Below, piece after piece: positions 20,633 through 30,180 of a DNA stretch of 64,000 bases. The notes beneath the pieces are model-generated. The model searched no databases. It saw only the letters and a list, made by a program, of their open reading frames with translations, and had not been told where the DNA came from. The position numbers were made by a program, and so were the translations under genes. Every line of letters starts with the position of its first letter. Positions within the stretch are counted from its first letter, which is position 1. Origin of the DNA: an uncultured Acidobacteriota bacterium (GTDB lineage Bacteria > Acidobacteriota > Thermoanaerobaculia > Gp7-AA8); contig CAVUKB010000005.1 of assembly GCA_963741955.1 (NCBI GenBank), forward strand, positions 388,994 to 452,993. Reading direction: 5' to 3'.

Positions 20633-20857
20633 AACACCTCCTCGAGTGAGCTGCATCACTTACGGATTCCCGGTGCAAGCTACCATGTCTTCGAACGTGA
20701 GGCCCGGCGTTCGAGGCCCTGGGCGGCTGATCCGAGAGCGAATATACGGGCGACGAGTCTGGTTGCGGTGGTCGGGACCGGAAGGCAAGTCCGATCTCAA
20801 TAGCGGCCATCGCCGGCAACCGGTCATGCGGCGGCCGGAATCCAGGAGAGGGAAGAA

Positions 20858-21091
20858 ATGGCAGATCCGAATGACAAAGTTCCCGGGCAGGATCCAGGTG
20901 CGTACTACGTCGACAGTCAGTGCATCGACTGCGACCTTTGCCGGGAGACTGCGCCCGACAACTTCACCCGCAACGACGAGGAAGGCTTCACGTACGTGTG
21001 CAAACAGCCCGCGGGCGCGGATGAAGAAAACCTGGTGAAGGACGCCATGGCGAACTGCCCCGTCGAGGCGATCGGCGCCGACGGCGTTTAG
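20858..21091 (+). CDS. Ferredoxin (small iron-sulfur protein, 77 aa)
   Basis: CIDCDLCRETAP...CP motifs. Shine-Dalgarno GGAGAGGG upstream. Confidence 0.75.
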   Translation: MADPNDKVPGQDPGAYYVDSQCIDCDLCRETAPDNFTRNDEEGFTYVCKQPAGADEENLVKDAMANCPVEAIGADGV

Positions 21092-21097
21092 TCTCTT

Positions 21098-21132
21098 CCG
21101 GAGGGGCCGGCGCCGTCCGGCGCCCCCCTCCG
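21098..21132. terminator. Bidirectional rho-independent terminator-like GC hairpin between convergent genes
   Basis: ccggaggggccggcgccgtccggcgcccccctccg is an imperfect palindrome immediately after the ferredoxin stop and the response-regulator stop. Confidence 0.5.
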
Positions 21133-21552
21133 TCAATGCATGATGCTGTCGGAGCTGACTTCCTCCGCCCAGTTGTCCGCCAGCAGCACCTCGATCAACT
21201 CCTGCAGCTCCTCCATGTGAAACGGCTTGGTCAGGGCAGCGGTCAGGTTGTTGCCTTTCGTGATGGTGAGGATGTCGCCCTTTCCGGACGCGACGATGAC
21301 CGGCACCCGCCGTCCCTGCTGGAGATACCAGCTGATCCATTCCTCCCCCGTCATTCCGGGCATGTTGAGATCGAGCAGAATCAACCGCGTATCGGGATTC
21401 CGCCGGAACATGCTCATCCCTTCTTCGGCACCCTTCGCGGAGAGGACATCGTAACCTTTCCGCTGCAGGAACGAGACGTACAACTGCAGTACGTCCGGAT
21501 CATCTTCGATCGCGAGAATCTTTTGTCCGTTCGTAGTATCAGCAGATTGCAT
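21133..21552 (-). CDS. Stand-alone response regulator receiver (CheY-like) protein
   Basis: KILAIEDDPDVLQLYVSFLQRKGYDV...LILLDLNMPGMTG...KP: phosphoacceptor Asp and the conserved Lys context. Confidence 0.75.
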   Translation of the reverse strand: MQSADTTNGQKILAIEDDPDVLQLYVSFLQRKGYDVLSAKGAEEGMSMFRRNPDTRLILLDLNMPGMTGEEWISWYLQQGRRVPVIVASGKGDILTITKGNNLTAALTKPFHMEELQELIEVLLADNWAEEVSSDSIMH

Positions 21553-21674
21553 GACGAAACGACAATTTGCGAACTGCATACCACTCCTCCGCGGAGCGCA
21601 TGTCGTTTATACAAAGAACTTTTCGACCCCCACCTTCATCTCCGGTTCGGCTACCGGTGGGATAATGAGCTCCC

Positions 21675-21932
21675 ATGGGAATCGCGACCTGGTGCATCGC
21701 CGGACTCCTCGCCTTCGCCATCGCGCGTGCCATTCCGTTGCAGCGCCGCCGGAACCGCGCCTCTGAGCTCTTCGCCGCCCTCGTGATGGCTCTTCTGGGC
21801 GGCGTCGCCGCCACGGTCATGGACTTCGGCGGATGGCGCGTCATCGACGTGCGTGCGGTCATCTTCGCTCTCGCCTGGTCTCTCGCGGCCATCGCCATCC
21901 TCCGGATCGTCAACGCTACAATGGCGCGGTGA
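21675..21932 (+). CDS. Small membrane protein, GlsB/YeaQ/YmgE (transglycosylase-associated) family-like
   Basis: MGIATWCIAGLLAFAIARAIP... 85 aa with 3 TM helices. Confidence 0.5.
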   Translation: MGIATWCIAGLLAFAIARAIPLQRRRNRASELFAALVMALLGGVAATVMDFGGWRVIDVRAVIFALAWSLAAIAILRIVNATMAR

Positions 21933-24055
21933 CGAAGATCCGGCGGTACAAGCTCGAGTCCCCCGCGCGAACCAGGAACTACCGCGTCCGCTACGAGGAT
22001 CAGCTCAACAGCGAACAGCTCGAGGTGGTGATGGCGGGAGACGGGCCGATGCTGGTCATCGCCGGCGCCGGCACCGGGAAGACCCGTACTCTCACCTACC
22101 GCGTCTCACGGCTGATCGAAGACGGAGTCGATCCTTCTTCCATTCTCCTCGTCACGTTCACCAACAAAGCAGCCCGCGAGATGCTCGGCCGCGTCGAGGA
22201 GCTCGTCGCAATCGATACCCGCAGTATCTCCGGCGGAACGTTCCACTCGGTCGGAAACCGCCTCCTCCGCCAACACGCCGAGCGACTCGGTTACCGCTCG
22301 AATTTCTCCATCCTCGACTCCGAGGATTCGAAGGAGATGATGGAGACGGCGATCACCGCCGCCGGGATTCCGACGCTCGAGAAACGATTCCCGAAAGGGG
22401 ACGTCCTCCTCGAGATCCATTCGTTCGTCGCCAACACCGCGACCCCGCTCGAGGCACATCTCGAAGAGAACTACCCGCACTTCGCTACCTGGCTCTCGGA
22501 GATCCGGAGCGTCTTCGCGCAGTATGCGCATCGCAAGCTCGAGGCGAACGTGATGGACTTCGACGATCTCCTCCTCAACTGGAAGCGTCTCCTCGACGAG
22601 CATCCGGAGGCCGCGGAAGTACTCCGGATCCGCTACCGCCATCTTCTGGTCGACGAGTATCAGGACACGAACCGGCTCCAGGCGGAGATCATCGACTCCA
22701 TGGCTGCGCACCACCGCAACGTGATGGTCGTCGGGGATGATGCACAGTCGATCTACTCGTTCCGTGGTGCATCGTTCGAGAACATCATCACGTTTCCGCA
22801 GCGCTTTCCCGACGCGCGCGTGTTCAAGCTGGAGACGAACTACCGCTCGTCGCCCCAGATCCTCTCCCTCGCCAACGCCGCGATCGCACACAACCGCTTC
22901 CAGTTTCCGAAGCAGCTTCACGCCGTCCGCGGCTCCGGACCCGATCCGGCGATGGTCGGCGTCGACGACGTCTACGAGCAGGCGTCCTTCGTCGCTCAGC
23001 GCATCCTCGAGCTCCGCGACGAAGGAGAATCGCTCGACGAGATCGCCATCCTCTACCGCTCCCACTACCAGTCTCTGGAACTGCAGATGGAGCTCTCCCG
23101 ACGGATGATCCCCTACGAGATCCGCTCCGGCGTCCGCTTCTTCGAACAGGCCCACATCAAAGACGTCCTCGGGTACCTGAAGATCATCACCAATCCGACC
23201 GATGAGCTCTCCTGGAAACGAACGCTGAAGCTCTATCCGAAGATCGGCACCCGCACTGCGTCCGAGATCTGGAGCGAGCTCTCCCGATCCCGCGACCCTC
23301 TCGGCACTTTCCTCGCCGGAAGGATCCAGATCCGCAGCCGCGGAGCGGGAGAGAGCGTTCGGAGTCTCCGACACACCCTCGAGACTCTCAGCCGTGATGC
23401 GATGAAGCGCAGCCCGTCCGAAGCGATCCGGCTCATCCTGACGGAAGGGTACGGTGATTACGTCCGGGCGAAGTTTCCGAACTCCGACGCGCGTCTCGAC
23501 GACCTCGAGCAGCTGTCGAATTACGCACTTAGGTACGACGACGTCGACGCGTTTCTGAACGAGCTCGCCCTGTCGAACCCTCTCAGCGGCGAGGACGTCG
23601 CCGCTCTCGCATCCGAAGACGAGAGAGTGATCCTCTCGTCGGTGCACCAGGCGAAAGGGCTGGAGTGGAGGACCGTGTTCGTCATCTGGCTCGCCGACGG
23701 ACGCTTCCCCTCGGTGCGGGCGATGCGCGGAACGGGCGCCATCATCCGGATCAGGAAAAACGCGCCGCCGATCCCCGAAGTGCCGGTGGAGAAGCTCCTC
23801 ACCGGAAATGCGGAAGGTGGAGATGAGCCGGTGTACGCGACGGTCGATCGCGGCGAGGAGATCGAACTCTCCATTCCCGGTGAAGAGGAGGAACGGCGGC
23901 TGTTCTACGTCGCGCTCACCCGAGCGATGAACGAGGTCTACCTCGTCTACCCGGTGATGGCCCGCGACCGGATGCAGATGGACGTGCTGATGGAGCCGTC
24001 CCGATTCGTGCGCGAGCTCCCCGGCGATCTGTACGAGAAGTGGGTGATCGGCTAA
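21929..24055 (+). CDS. UvrD/PcrA/Rep family ATP-dependent DNA helicase
   Basis: Q-motif and Walker A (LNSEQLEVV...GPMLVIAGAGTGKTRTLTYR), plus helicase motifs (VDEYQDTN, SVHQAKGLEW). GTG start chosen so it overlaps only the upstream stop; the ORF ATG at 21833 would overlap the previous gene by 100 nt. Confidence 0.8.
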   Translation: MTKIRRYKLESPARTRNYRVRYEDQLNSEQLEVVMAGDGPMLVIAGAGTGKTRTLTYRVSRLIEDGVDPSSILLVTFTNKAAREMLGRVEELVAIDTRSISGGTFHSVGNRLLRQHAERLGYRSNFSILDSEDSKEMMETAITAAGIPTLEKRFPKGDVLLEIHSFVANTATPLEAHLEENYPHFATWLSEIRSVFAQYAHRKLEANVMDFDDLLLNWKRLLDEHPEAAEVLRIRYRHLLVDEYQDTNRLQAEIIDSMAAHHRNVMVVGDDAQSIYSFRGASFENIITFPQRFPDARVFKLETNYRSSPQILSLANAAIAHNRFQFPKQLHAVRGSGPDPAMVGVDDVYEQASFVAQRILELRDEGESLDEIAILYRSHYQSLELQMELSRRMIPYEIRSGVRFFEQAHIKDVLGYLKIITNPTDELSWKRTLKLYPKIGTRTASEIWSELSRSRDPLGTFLAGRIQIRSRGAGESVRSLRHTLETLSRDAMKRSPSEAIRLILTEGYGDYVRAKFPNSDARLDDLEQLSNYALRYDDVDAFLNELALSNPLSGEDVAALASEDERVILSSVHQAKGLEWRTVFVIWLADGRFPSVRAMRGTGAIIRIRKNAPPIPEVPVEKLLTGNAEGGDEPVYATVDRGEEIELSIPGEEEERRLFYVALTRAMNEVYLVYPVMARDRMQMDVLMEPSRFVRELPGDLYEKWVIG

Positions 24056-24146
24056 CCCGCATTATTCACGGGACTTCTACTGCGAAAACGGATCAGCGGT
24101 CGCGATCCGACCGCCATCTCCGCCGGCTCGTGACGCGCGTCCCGCG

Positions 24147-26636
24147 TCAGAACTGCACCAGCAGCCTCGCTGCGCGCAGCACGTCCTCCTCACTCGGAAG
24201 GAACGCCTCCTCCAGCGGCGGTGAGTACGGCACCGGAGTATCGACCGAGCCGACGATCCGCACCGGTGCGTCGAGATATTCGAACGCCTCTTCCTGGATG
24301 ATCGCAGCGAGGCTCTCACCGATTCCACCGGTGCGCGTGTCCTCGTGCACGATCAGCACGCGGTTGCAGTGCCGCGCGAGGGCCAGGAGTGCAGTTCGGT
24401 CGAGTGGGGCGAGAGATCGGAGATCGAGAACCGCGGCCTCCACCCCCTCTGCCGACAACGTCCCCGCCACGCGCATCGCCACGTGGACGTACGCGCCGTA
24501 GGAGACGATGGCGAGATCGGACCCTTCCCGCCGCAAGGCGGCTCTCCCGATCGGAAGTGCCGGAGCGCTCTCTTCGCCGAGGATCTGCCGGATCCGCGGA
24601 TCTCGATAGAGCGCGATGTGTTCGTAGTAGAGGACCGGATCGGGATCCGCCACTGCGCTCGCCATCAGGGAGCGCGCGTCTTCCGGCGTCGAGGGACAGA
24701 CGATCTTCAGACCGGGCGTCCGGTAGAACCAGGCTTCGGTGTTCTGGCTGTGGTACGGACCCGCGTGACGCAGTCCGCCCCACGGCATCCGCACCACCAT
24801 CGGCACTTCGCCGCCCCAGCGGTACCGGATCTTCGCCGCGTTGTTCACCAATTGATTGAATCCGGTCGCCACGAAGTCGTTGAACTGGATCTCGCCGATC
24901 GGCCGCCGTCCCGCGAGAGCGGCGCCGACGCACACCCCGAGCACTCCCCCTTCGGCCAACGGAGAATTCACGATCCGGTCACCGAACTCCTGCAGCAGCG
25001 GACGGAGCAGGAGAAACGCGTTCCCGTATTTTCCGCCCACGTCCTCCCCGTAGATGAAGACCCGGTCGTCGGTACGCAGCGCGTCGCCGACTCCCATCAT
25101 CACCGCTTCGAGGAACGTCTTCCCTTTCGGGTCGAACGGCCGTCCGGCATCGAGCTCCGGCATCTGCAGGTCTGACCCCGCCTGCCTCCGCTCTTCTTCG
25201 AGGACCTCCACCTTCACCCTGGGCTTTTCGCCGCCGAACACTCCTCGACCTGCGAGCGAAGGCTCCGGCCATGGTGCATCGATCACGGCACGCGCTTCCC
25301 GTTCCACGATCCCGGTCGCCTCGCGCTTCCACTCGTCCACTTCGTCCGCCGTGACCACCCCCTCCCGTTCGAGACGTGCAGTGTACGTGCGGATCGGATC
25401 GCGAACGGACCAGAAATCCCATAGCTCCTTCTCGACATACCCTCCCTCCGAGGGCGCCGGATACTCCCAGCCGCCGGCGGGGTCTTTCCCCAGATAGAGC
25501 ATGTCGTCGTGATGAGCGTGGCCGCACATCCGCATCGCCACCAGCTCGATCAGGGTCGGTCCCTCGCCCGCTCTTGCGCGCTCCACGGCCCAGGCGAACG
25601 CCGCCGCCACCGCGTCTGCGTCCGTTCCGTCGATGGTGACGCCCGGGACGCCGTACCCCGCCGCCTTCTCCGCGAAGACGCGTGCTGCCGACTGGTCGGA
25701 GACGGGGGTCGAGAGCGCGGTCTGGTTGTTCTGCAGACAGAAGATAGCCGGCAGCTTCCGAGCCGCAGAGAGATTGATCGCCTCGTGCCATTCGCCGAGA
25801 GACGATCCCCCCTCGCCTATGAACGAGAGCGCCACCCGGCCGGAGCCCTCGAGATGGAACGCCATCGCGAGCCCCGCCACGGTCAACGTGGGGATCGCGA
25901 GCGGTGCCGATGCCGGAAGCACTCCCCAACCGAAATCGCCGACGTGGAGGTCCTTCCCGTTCATCGGTGGGCCCGCTTTCCCCATCTGCGCGCTCAGGAC
26001 CATCCGGACCGCTTCCGGGTCGTTGCGCATCGAGAGGACCACCCCGAGGTCCCGGATCACCGGCGCCACGACATCGCCGCGCCACGTCTCACCTTCCCGG
26101 AAATCCCGGCCGCGGCGCAGTCGGATTCCGGCGGCGTAGATCGCCTCCTGTCCGAGAGAGCGGAATCCCTTCCCCTGGAATGAAGCGCTTCCCCAACGGA
26201 CTTCGCCGCCGGTGAAAAAGCTTTTCAGTCGATTGTCGACCGCTCGGGTGAGAATCATCCCCCGGAGTATTTCCCGTCGCTCGTCCGCTGCGAGTGATGC
26301 GGCGATCGCCTCGCGCACCAGAAATCCATCGCATCCTTTGATCAGTTCTTGCGTCGCCTGATCCAGCCGATCACTCCCCGAGACGCCGGGCGTGGTCTCG
26401 TCGAGCTGTCCCGGTGGCCGGAACGAGAGTGAATGGCGGAGCGCCCGGTGAAGCGGTTCGCGCAGATCCTGGATGGCCACCGGATCTCGATCCGGCTCGC
26501 GTCCCCCGCGCGCCGCTTCGAATGCTTCCAGAGCTGCGCGCAGCGCGAAGGGATACTGCTCAGCGACGAATGCTCCGAACCGAGAGCCGAGGCTCTGCGT
26601 CCGCGAATCCGCGACGACCGACTCGATTTCTGCCAT
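24147..26636 (-). CDS. Fused E1 alpha/beta 2-oxoacid dehydrogenase (TPP-dependent, transketolase-like), single 829-aa polypeptide
   Basis: An N-terminal E1 alpha-like TPP domain and a C-terminal E1 beta-like transketolase domain, both in one ORF. Confidence 0.8.
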   Translation of the reverse strand: MAEIESVVADSRTQSLGSRFGAFVAEQYPFALRAALEAFEAARGGREPDRDPVAIQDLREPLHRALRHSLSFRPPGQLDETTPGVSGSDRLDQATQELIKGCDGFLVREAIAASLAADERREILRGMILTRAVDNRLKSFFTGGEVRWGSASFQGKGFRSLGQEAIYAAGIRLRRGRDFREGETWRGDVVAPVIRDLGVVLSMRNDPEAVRMVLSAQMGKAGPPMNGKDLHVGDFGWGVLPASAPLAIPTLTVAGLAMAFHLEGSGRVALSFIGEGGSSLGEWHEAINLSAARKLPAIFCLQNNQTALSTPVSDQSAARVFAEKAAGYGVPGVTIDGTDADAVAAAFAWAVERARAGEGPTLIELVAMRMCGHAHHDDMLYLGKDPAGGWEYPAPSEGGYVEKELWDFWSVRDPIRTYTARLEREGVVTADEVDEWKREATGIVEREARAVIDAPWPEPSLAGRGVFGGEKPRVKVEVLEEERRQAGSDLQMPELDAGRPFDPKGKTFLEAVMMGVGDALRTDDRVFIYGEDVGGKYGNAFLLLRPLLQEFGDRIVNSPLAEGGVLGVCVGAALAGRRPIGEIQFNDFVATGFNQLVNNAAKIRYRWGGEVPMVVRMPWGGLRHAGPYHSQNTEAWFYRTPGLKIVCPSTPEDARSLMASAVADPDPVLYYEHIALYRDPRIRQILGEESAPALPIGRAALRREGSDLAIVSYGAYVHVAMRVAGTLSAEGVEAAVLDLRSLAPLDRTALLALARHCNRVLIVHEDTRTGGIGESLAAIIQEEAFEYLDAPVRIVGSVDTPVPYSPPLEEAFLPSEEDVLRAARLLVQF

Positions 26637-26732
26637 GGAACGAATCGTACGACAGCGAGCGCGATCGCGGAAGTGGAGAACGCCGAAGACGAACCGTGGT
26701 GCAGCGTTTCATGTGGCCTTACCCCACATTTC

Positions 26733-27617
26733 TCACACCGCCTCCCTGAGTGGAATTCTCTCTCTCAACCCGCCGAAACCGAGCTCGCCTGTGACCCGTG
26801 CCACTTCGTCCGGATTTCCTCCTCGGTACTCGAGATCGTTCAGCTTCACCGCAATCGGCGCGTCGGTAGAAACCGTCGCGAGCCGCTGCGAAAGAAACGC
26901 GATCTCGCGGCACGATTCGAGCTTCTTTCGGATCGAACCCGCACCCCGCACCGGCAGCTCCGCGACCTCGTCCACTCTCTCGTAGATCGCATCGAGGGTC
27001 CCGAAGGCCTCGAGCAGGAGCGTCGCCGTCTTCCCTCCGATTCCTTTCACTCCCGGAATGTTGTCCACCGCGTCACCGGCGAGCGCGAGATAGTCGACGA
27101 TCTGCTCGGGACGCACTCCGAACTTCTTCACTACCAGCTCCGGTGTGTAACGGATCGACTTCCCGAAGTCGTACCCGACCACGTCGTCCGACACGAGTTG
27201 CAGCAGATCTTTGTCCGTGGTGACGATGACGAACGAGTGTCCTCCCCCGCGCAGCTGGTGCATGACAGTCGCGATCAGGTCGTCCGCTTCGTAGCGGTCG
27301 TCGATGAAACAACGGCCTCCCATCGCCGCGGCGATCCGTTCGCACGCGCCGAGTTGCGCTTCGAGCTCGGGCGGCGGAAGGACCCGCTGCTGCTTGTACT
27401 CCGGGTACAGCTCGTTCCGGAAGCTGCTGTTCAGACTCCGGTCGAACGTGATGCCGAGGTGGGTCGGCTTCTCGTCCGCGATGAGCTTGAGGAGGAATGA
27501 GGCGAAGCCGTACACCGCTTGCGCCGGATTGCCGCGGGGATCACGGATCGAGTCGGGAAGCGCGAAGTAGGCGCGGAAGATGTAGGGGCTCGCGTCGATC
27601 AGATGGATCGTGCTCAT
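26733..27617 (-). CDS. 5'-3' exonuclease / flap endonuclease (Pol I N-terminal-domain-like, stand-alone)
   Basis: MSTIHLIDASPYIFRAYFALP...GVKGIGGKTA: the FEN/H3TH motifs. Confidence 0.8.
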   Translation of the reverse strand: MSTIHLIDASPYIFRAYFALPDSIRDPRGNPAQAVYGFASFLLKLIADEKPTHLGITFDRSLNSSFRNELYPEYKQQRVLPPPELEAQLGACERIAAAMGGRCFIDDRYEADDLIATVMHQLRGGGHSFVIVTTDKDLLQLVSDDVVGYDFGKSIRYTPELVVKKFGVRPEQIVDYLALAGDAVDNIPGVKGIGGKTATLLLEAFGTLDAIYERVDEVAELPVRGAGSIRKKLESCREIAFLSQRLATVSTDAPIAVKLNDLEYRGGNPDEVARVTGELGFGGLRERIPLREAV

Positions 27618-27655
27618 CAGGAGATAGTATTCCGAATTCGAAAATCCGCACCCCC

Positions 27656-28051
27656 GGTGACGCGTCCTCTAGCCCGCATTTCTCACACCGTCTCGTCGCG
27701 AGGAGGCGGAGAGCGGCTTGGATGCAAGGCGCGCGCAGCTTCGGCGACGAAGGCATAGTCGTAACTACGTCGAGGAGCCGAAGCTGCGCGCAACGCAGCA
27801 GACAGGCTGCTATCCGTCTCCGCAGCAGAGACGGTGTGAGAAATGCGGGTTAGGGGTGCGGATCCTCTGATCCGCCTCGAGAATCGTGTTGCTCGCGATG
27901 AAGAGTGAGGCTGTGGCTGGATGCGGAGCATCGGTCACGCGACCGTCAGGCCGACGAAGCTCCGCCTCTGCCGCAGCGATCGTTTCGATCCGCTCTGAAT
28001 ACGATTGCCTCCGCGGATCGGAAGATCCGCTCCCCACGGTGACGCGTCCTC
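27656..28051. repeat. MITE-like structured intergenic island bounded by direct repeats (ggtgacgcgtcctc at 27656-27669 and 28038-28051). It carries inverted copies of a conserved 35-bp repeat.
   Basis: The 35-bp unit cgcagcagagacgRtgtgagaaatgcgggYtagg occurs at 27822-27855 and, inverted, at 27669-27694. A nested hairpin gcgcgcagcttcggc/gccgaagctgcgcgc and a palindrome gcggatcctctgatccgc lie between them. Related copies are at 26723-26745 and 50695-50728. Confidence 0.6.
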
Positions 28052-28111
28052 CCGGAGGATTCGCCCTGGGAGCGACTCAGCTGGCCGGGCGGTTGCAGCA
28101 CGACCCGAGCC

Positions 28112-28843
28112 GTGGACCTCTACTTCCACGTTCTCCTTCTCGCGGCCATTCCGGCGGGAGCCAACTTCCTCGGCGGGGTGCTCGCCGAGATCCGTCCCGT
28201 CTCCCAAAAGACGCTGAACCTCACGCTTCACGGCGCCGCGGGCGTGGTCCTGGCGGTCGTGTCGATCGAGCTGATTCCGGATGCGCTGGAGGCGGAGCGC
28301 GCGTGGGTCTCCCTCATCGCTCTGCTGGTCGGCACCCTCGCGTTCGTCGGACTCGATCACTCGCTCCACATCGTGCAGTCGCGAGTCTCCGGAAGGAGCG
28401 TCTCGCGCGGCGCCTGGATGATCTTTCTCGCCGTGGCGATCGACCTCTTCAGCGACGGAATCATGATCGGAACCGGTTCCACCCTCTCCACCACTCTCGC
28501 GTTTCTCCTCGCTCTCGCGCAGGCGCCGGCCGATCTCCCGGAGGGATTCGCCACCATCGCCCGGTTCCGGAGTGAGGGGATGTCCCGCCGCAACCGTCTT
28601 CTTCTCAGCGCCGGATTCGCGCTTCCAATTTTTCTCGGGGCGACGATCGGATACTTCGGACTCCGCGGTGCGCCGCTCGTGGCCAGGCTCGCAGTCCTCG
28701 CCTTCACCGCTGGAATTCTGATGACTCTCGTGGTGGAGGAGATCATCCCGGTGGCCCACGACGAGAACGAGAGTCACTTCGCAGCGGTGATCTTCATGGC
28801 CGGCTTCGTCCTCTTCACCGCTCTCTCGCTGTACGTCGACTAG
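28112..28843 (+). CDS. ZIP family metal (zinc) transporter, ZupT-like
   Basis: GTG start. 8 TM helices with His/Asp/Glu metal-site residues in TM4-5 (LDHSLH, HDENESH). Confidence 0.8.
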   Translation: MDLYFHVLLLAAIPAGANFLGGVLAEIRPVSQKTLNLTLHGAAGVVLAVVSIELIPDALEAERAWVSLIALLVGTLAFVGLDHSLHIVQSRVSGRSVSRGAWMIFLAVAIDLFSDGIMIGTGSTLSTTLAFLLALAQAPADLPEGFATIARFRSEGMSRRNRLLLSAGFALPIFLGATIGYFGLRGAPLVARLAVLAFTAGILMTLVVEEIIPVAHDENESHFAAVIFMAGFVLFTALSLYVD

Positions 28844-28898
28844 CGATAGAGACGGGTGCAAAGCCGAGGGTAGCCGGAGTCATGCGATTCGGGAGAGA

Positions 28899-29843
28899 AT
28901 GCCTGAACGGCGCGATGTCACGTTGAACGGATCTGCGTCGCGGAGCTCACACCCAGTGCATTTCCTCTTTCTCCTCAATCCTCGCTCCGGACGCAACCGG
29001 AACCTCGAAGGACTCGAGAGGTCGGTCAGAACGGCACTCGAACGCGGCTCGGATGCCGATCTGGAGACCTGTCCCCCCCTCGATGAACTGGATCGACGCA
29101 TCGCCCACGCAGATCGAGCGGGCGTCGACGTGGTCGTGGCGATCGGAGGCGACGGGACGGTGAACGAGATCGGCCGGCGTCTGATCGGCAGCCGGATGGC
29201 CCTCGGCGTCATTCCCACCGGCTCCGGGAACGGCTTCGCGCGGCATCTCGGGATTCCACTCGATCCCGCCGCCGCCCTTCTCGCCCTCGCTCGCGGGCGC
29301 GTCGAATCGATCGACACGGCGGCCGCGAACGGCCGCCCGTTCCTGATGATCGCCGGGGTCGGATTCGACGCGCTGGTCGCCCATCGCTTCGCGGCACGAG
29401 GCTCGAGAGGTCTCCAGACCTATCTGAGGGAAGGGCTGACAAGCTATTTCACGTACAGGCCGGAGGAGTACCGGATCACCATCGACGGCCGAACCCGGGT
29501 CGAAGAGGCTTTCGTGGTCGCCATCGCGAACTCCAGCCAGTACGGAAACCAGGCCCGCATCGCCCCCCTCGCCTCTCTCCAGGATGGACTCCTCGACATC
29601 GCCCTGGTCCGTCACATCCCGCTGCTCTCCATGCCGTCGTTCTTATGGGACCTCTTCAACGGGTCGCTCCGCCCATCCGCGCATCTCGAGCTCCTGCACG
29701 GGAAAGAGATCGTCGTGGAGCGAGCCGCCGAAGGGGCGGCCCACCTGGATGGAGAGGCAGTGAGCCTTCCGGCACGGGTGACCTTCTCGCTCCGTCCCGG
29801 CTCCCTCCGCGCCGTCGTTCCCGCCTCCACCGACCGGATCTGA
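28899..29843 (+). CDS. Lipid kinase of the diacylglycerol-kinase catalytic domain family (YegS/BmrU-like)
   Basis: FLLNPRSG...GGDGTVNEI...PTGSGNGFAR: the DAGK_cat motifs. Confidence 0.75.
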   Translation: MPERRDVTLNGSASRSSHPVHFLFLLNPRSGRNRNLEGLERSVRTALERGSDADLETCPPLDELDRRIAHADRAGVDVVVAIGGDGTVNEIGRRLIGSRMALGVIPTGSGNGFARHLGIPLDPAAALLALARGRVESIDTAAANGRPFLMIAGVGFDALVAHRFAARGSRGLQTYLREGLTSYFTYRPEEYRITIDGRTRVEEAFVVAIANSSQYGNQARIAPLASLQDGLLDIALVRHIPLLSMPSFLWDLFNGSLRPSAHLELLHGKEIVVERAAEGAAHLDGEAVSLPARVTFSLRPGSLRAVVPASTDRI

Positions 29844-29902
29844 GCCGCTCAGTATTTTTGCGCGGTCGCGATCGACCCACGCAGTGTGAGGGTCAGATCC
29901 CG

Positions 29903-30151
29903 ATGACCAGATTCCGTCCCTACCTCAGAAGGCGCATCGATTCAGAGTCCAGCGGGAGCTTCGCCGAATATGAAGAACTTCAGGCGCTCGCCTCCGATCT
30001 CCTGGCAGACACCGACTGGGACTGGATCGAGGCAGACGTGGTCGAGCAGGAGCGCGCCCGGTTCGAGCGTTCGCTCTCACGCGTCGTTGCCGCCGTCGAA
30101 GAGAGCGACGACGAATACGAGACACTCGTCGCCGCCGGCTCCCGGCACTGA
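29903..30151 (+). CDS. Small acidic hypothetical protein (82 aa)
   Basis: MTRFRPYLRRRIDSESSG...DWDWIEADVVEQERARFERSL... No recognisable domain. Confidence 0.4.
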   Translation: MTRFRPYLRRRIDSESSGSFAEYEELQALASDLLADTDWDWIEADVVEQERARFERSLSRVVAAVEESDDEYETLVAAGSRH

Positions 30152-30180
30152 CCTTCTCGGGCCTCTCCCGCTCGCATCAG

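Noticed and set aside
21833-21928. ATG at 21833 as the UvrD helicase start
   Set aside because: It would overlap the preceding small membrane-protein gene by about 100 nt in another frame. A GTG at 21929 overlapping only the stop codon gives a normal-length N-terminus.
27683-28037. Small ORFs sharing the peptide HFSHRLCCG (27683..27931, 27810..28037, also 50582..50779 and plus-strand 27497..27853)
   Set aside because: They share the peptide only because they read through copies of the 35-bp MITE-like repeat. These are not genes.
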